From: the human T2T-CHM13v2.0 reference genome, Homo sapiens
Reading direction: 5' to 3' (one strand)
NCBI RefSeq assembly: GCF_009914755.1
Contig: NC_060939.1
DNA length: 64,000 bases
Position numbers and translations under genes: made by a program. The notes beneath the pieces were generated by a model. It was not told the origin of the DNA. It saw only the letters and a list, made by a program, of their open reading frames with translations, and searched no databases. Below, piece by piece: positions 60,701-64,000 of this stretch (its first letter is position 1; the number at the start of each line of letters is the position of its first letter).

Positions 60701-63700
60701 ATTCCACTCCATTCCACTCCACTCCAACCCACACTACTCCATTGCATTCCATTCCATTGCATTCCCCTCCATTCCACTCCACTCCACTCCTCCCTGTTCC
60801 ACTCCATTACACTCCACTCACTCCACTCCACTCCACATCACTCCATTCCATTACATTCAATTGCATTCCACACCACTCCACTTCACTCCACTCCACTCCA
60901 CTCCATTCCTTTCCATTCCAGTTCATTCCACTCATTGCATTCCATTCCATTCCATTCCACTTCATTCCACTCATTGCATTCCATTCCATTCCATTCCACC
61001 CAACTCCACTTCATTCCAGTTTGATCAATTCTCTTCTTTCCCATTCCATTCCATTCCATTCTATTCCATTGCATTCTATGGCAATCCACTCCATTCCACT
61101 CCACTCGATTCCACTCCACTCCATTCCTTTCCTTTCCATTGCATTACACTCCACTGCACTCCACTCCATTCAATTCCAGTCCTTCCCATTTCGTTCCATT
61201 CAACTCCATTCCACTGCACCCCACTCCACCCCTTTCAATTCCATTCCACCCCATTCCATTCCAGTCCATTCCATTCCTCTCCACTCCATTTAACCACATA
61301 CCATTAGATTTCTTTTGATGCCATTTTATTCCATTCTGTTCGATTCCATTGCTTTTGATTCCATTCCATTCTACTCCATTTTATTTGATTCAATTCCATT
61401 ATATTCCATTCTGTTCAATTCCATTCCTTTGAGTCTATTCTCTTACATTCCATTCTGTTTGATTCCATTCCATTCCATTCCATTCCATTCCGATGGATTC
61501 CATTCCATTCAATTCCATTCTGTTCAATTCCATTGCATTCCCTTGCATTCCATTCCATTCGATTCCATTTGATTCGATTCTGTTCCATTCGATTCCATTC
61601 CATTTGAGTCCATTCCATTGCAATGCATTCCATTCGAGTCCATTCCTTTCCAGTCCTCTCCACTCCAGTCCATTCCATTCGATTATATTCCATTCGATTC
61701 GTTTCCATACTATTGCTTACCATTCGATTTTGTTCCAATCGATTCCATTCCTTTCAATTCCATTCCTCTCGAGTCCATTCCTTTTGAGTCCGTTCCATTC
61801 GATTCCATTCCATACTATTGCTTACCATTCGATTTTATTCCAATCGATTCCATTCCTTTCAATTCCATTCCTCTCGAGTCCATTCCTTTTGAGTCCATTC
61901 CATTCGATTCCATTCCATTTGAGTCCCTTCCATTCTAGCCCATTACATTCGATTCCATTCTGTTACAGTCTACTCCATACGAGTCCATTCCTTTCCATTA
62001 TTTCCATTCCATTCCATTCCATTCCATTCCATACCATTCAATGCCATTCCTTTCGATTCTATTCCAATCGAGTCCCTTCCATTTGACTCCATTCCACTTG
62101 AGTCCATTGCATTCCATTCCACTCCAATCCACTCCACTCCATTCCATTCCTCTCCACTCCATTCCATTCCATTCTATTACACTCCACTTCACTACCCTTC
62201 ACAGCATTCCATTCAATTCATTCAGTGCAATTTGATTCTATTCCATTCGATTCTATTCCAATCGATTCCATTCTATTCCATTCCTGTCCATTCGATTCCA
62301 TTCCATTCAATTCCGTTTTGTTCCATTCTACTACATTCGAGTCAATTCCATTCCATTCCAATCCATTCTATTCCATTCCTTTTAATTCCATTTCATTCGA
62401 TTCCATTCTCTTTGGGTCCATGCCATTCCATTCCATTCCATTCCATTCCATTCCATTCCATTCGAGTCCATTCCATTCCCGTCCATTCCTTTACAGTCTA
62501 TTCCATTCTGCTTCATTCCATTCCATTCCACACCATTCCACTCCATTCCATTCCCTTCCACTCCATTCAACTACACCCCATTCCACTTCATTCAATTCCA
62601 TTCCACCGCATTCCATTCCAATCCATTCCACCCCACTCTAATTCCCCGCATTCCATTTGATGCCTTTTGATTTCATTCGATTCCATTCTATGACAATGGA
62701 TTCCATTCCACTTGATTGCATTCCATTCGATTCCATTCTATTAGACTCCTTCCTTTCAATACTATTCCATTCGAGTCCATACCATTCGAGTCCATTCCAT
62801 TGGAGTCCATTCCTTTCCATTCCATTGCATTTAATTCTATTCCATTGTGTTCAATTCCATTTTCTTCAATTCCATTCCGTTCGATTGCATTTCGTTCCAT
62901 TCCATTTCATTTCATTCCATTCCATTCCATTCCATTCCTTTCGATTCCATTCCATTCCATTTTATTCCATCCCATCCCATTAAAGTCCATTCCATTCGAG
63001 TGCATTCCATTCCAGTCCATTCCATTCGACTCCATTCCATTCCAATGCATTTCACTCAATTCCACTCCATTACATTTCATTCGATTCCATTCCACTCCAT
63101 TCCACTCCAATCAAATCAATTCCATTCCATTCCACTCCATCCCACTCCACTCCAATTCACTGCATTGCATTTGATACCGTTTGATTCCATTCGATTCCAT
63201 TCAATGCCATTTGATTCCATTCCGTTAGATTCCATTCCATTCGACTCCATTACGTTTGATTGCATTCCTTTCATTTCCATTCCATTCGATTCCATGCCAT
63301 TCCATACCTTTCCATTCCATTCCATTCCATTTCATTCCGTTCGGTTTGATTGTATTCCATTCTATTCCATTGTGTTCCAGTCTACTCCATTTTATTCTAT
63401 CCCATTCCAGTCCACTCGATTCAATTCCATTCTATTCGATTCCATTCCTTTCCATTGCATTCCTTTTGATTCCATTCAACTCAATTCCATTCCCTTCGAG
63501 TCCATTCCATTCGAGTCCAATAAATTCAAATCCATTCTATTCCATTCCATTCCATTCGTTATCACTCCATTCCATTCCATTCCATTCCATTTCGTGTGAT
63601 TCCATTCCATTCGGTTCCCTTCCATTTGAGTCCGTTCCACTCGAGTCCATTCCATTCCATTCCTCTCTACTCCACTCCTTTCCATTTCTCTCCACTCCAT

Positions 63701-64000
63701 TCTACTCCATTCCATTCCAATCCATTCCATTCCATTCCATTCCATTGTCTTCAATTCCATTGCATTCCATTCCAATCCCCTCCGCTCCAGTCCAATCCGT
63801 TCTATTCCATTCCTTCCAATTCCATTACATTACACTCCATTCCACTCCGCTCCACTCCATTCAATTCCATTCCACTCCTTTCCACTCCAATCCAATCTGC
63901 TTCACCGTATTCCATTCAATTTCATTCAATTCCATTCCATTCAATTTCATTCCATTTGATCTCATTCCATTCGAGTCATTCCATTTGCGTCCATTCCATT
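54741..64000 (+). repeat. Human Satellite 3, highly diverged domain rich in CACTC, TTCGATTCC and TTCGAGTCC (HSat3A-like)
   Basis: The pentamer phase persists, but the ACTCGAGTTG motif disappears and perfect CATTC runs are short. The boundary is approximate (54450-54800). Confidence 0.85.

Noticed and set aside
29746-64000. Hundreds of ORFs (up to 375 aa) of FHSIP / MEWNG repeats
   Set aside because: Direct translation of (CATTC)n/(GAATG)n, which has no stop codon in any frame. They overlap in all frames and show no gene structure.
29750-64000. HSat2 or telomeric repeat, or a specific chromosome assignment
   Set aside because: Lacks the CATTCGATGATG/ATCATCGAATG pattern of HSat2 and any TTAGGG. 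The chromosome cannot be determined without alignment.

Overview
Human (peri)centromeric satellite DNA with no protein-coding host gene. The human assignment rests on an AluYb8 copy. Layout: 1-5101 is divergent 171-bp alpha satellite (+ orientation, mixed CENP-B-box and pJalpha-type monomers, SF5/R1R2-like), interrupted by a young AluYb8 (2253-2551, 14-bp TSD). 5102-11142 is an essentially full-length but inactivated L1PA3/L1PA2-type LINE-1 on the minus strand. 11143-29741 is the same kind of alpha satellite in the OPPOSITE orientation, with patchy 13-mer and 20-22-mer duplications. From about 29750 to the end is Human Satellite 3 (CATTC)n: first a CACTCGAGTTGATT-punctuated domain (about 29750-54740) containing a near-identical 11.35-kb tandem duplication with nested 2.4-kb and smaller duplications, then a much more diverged CACTC/CGATT-rich domain. 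Almost all ORFs in the track are translation artefacts of satellites. I found no evidence for a new gene system. The most interesting feature is structural: the L1 has no TSD and sits exactly at the alpha-satellite strand switch, with each flank resembling half of a separate L1 insertion site, suggesting an L1-L1 recombination inversion. Chromosome and exact subfamilies cannot be fixed without alignment; coordinates were counted by eye and may be off by a few bases.
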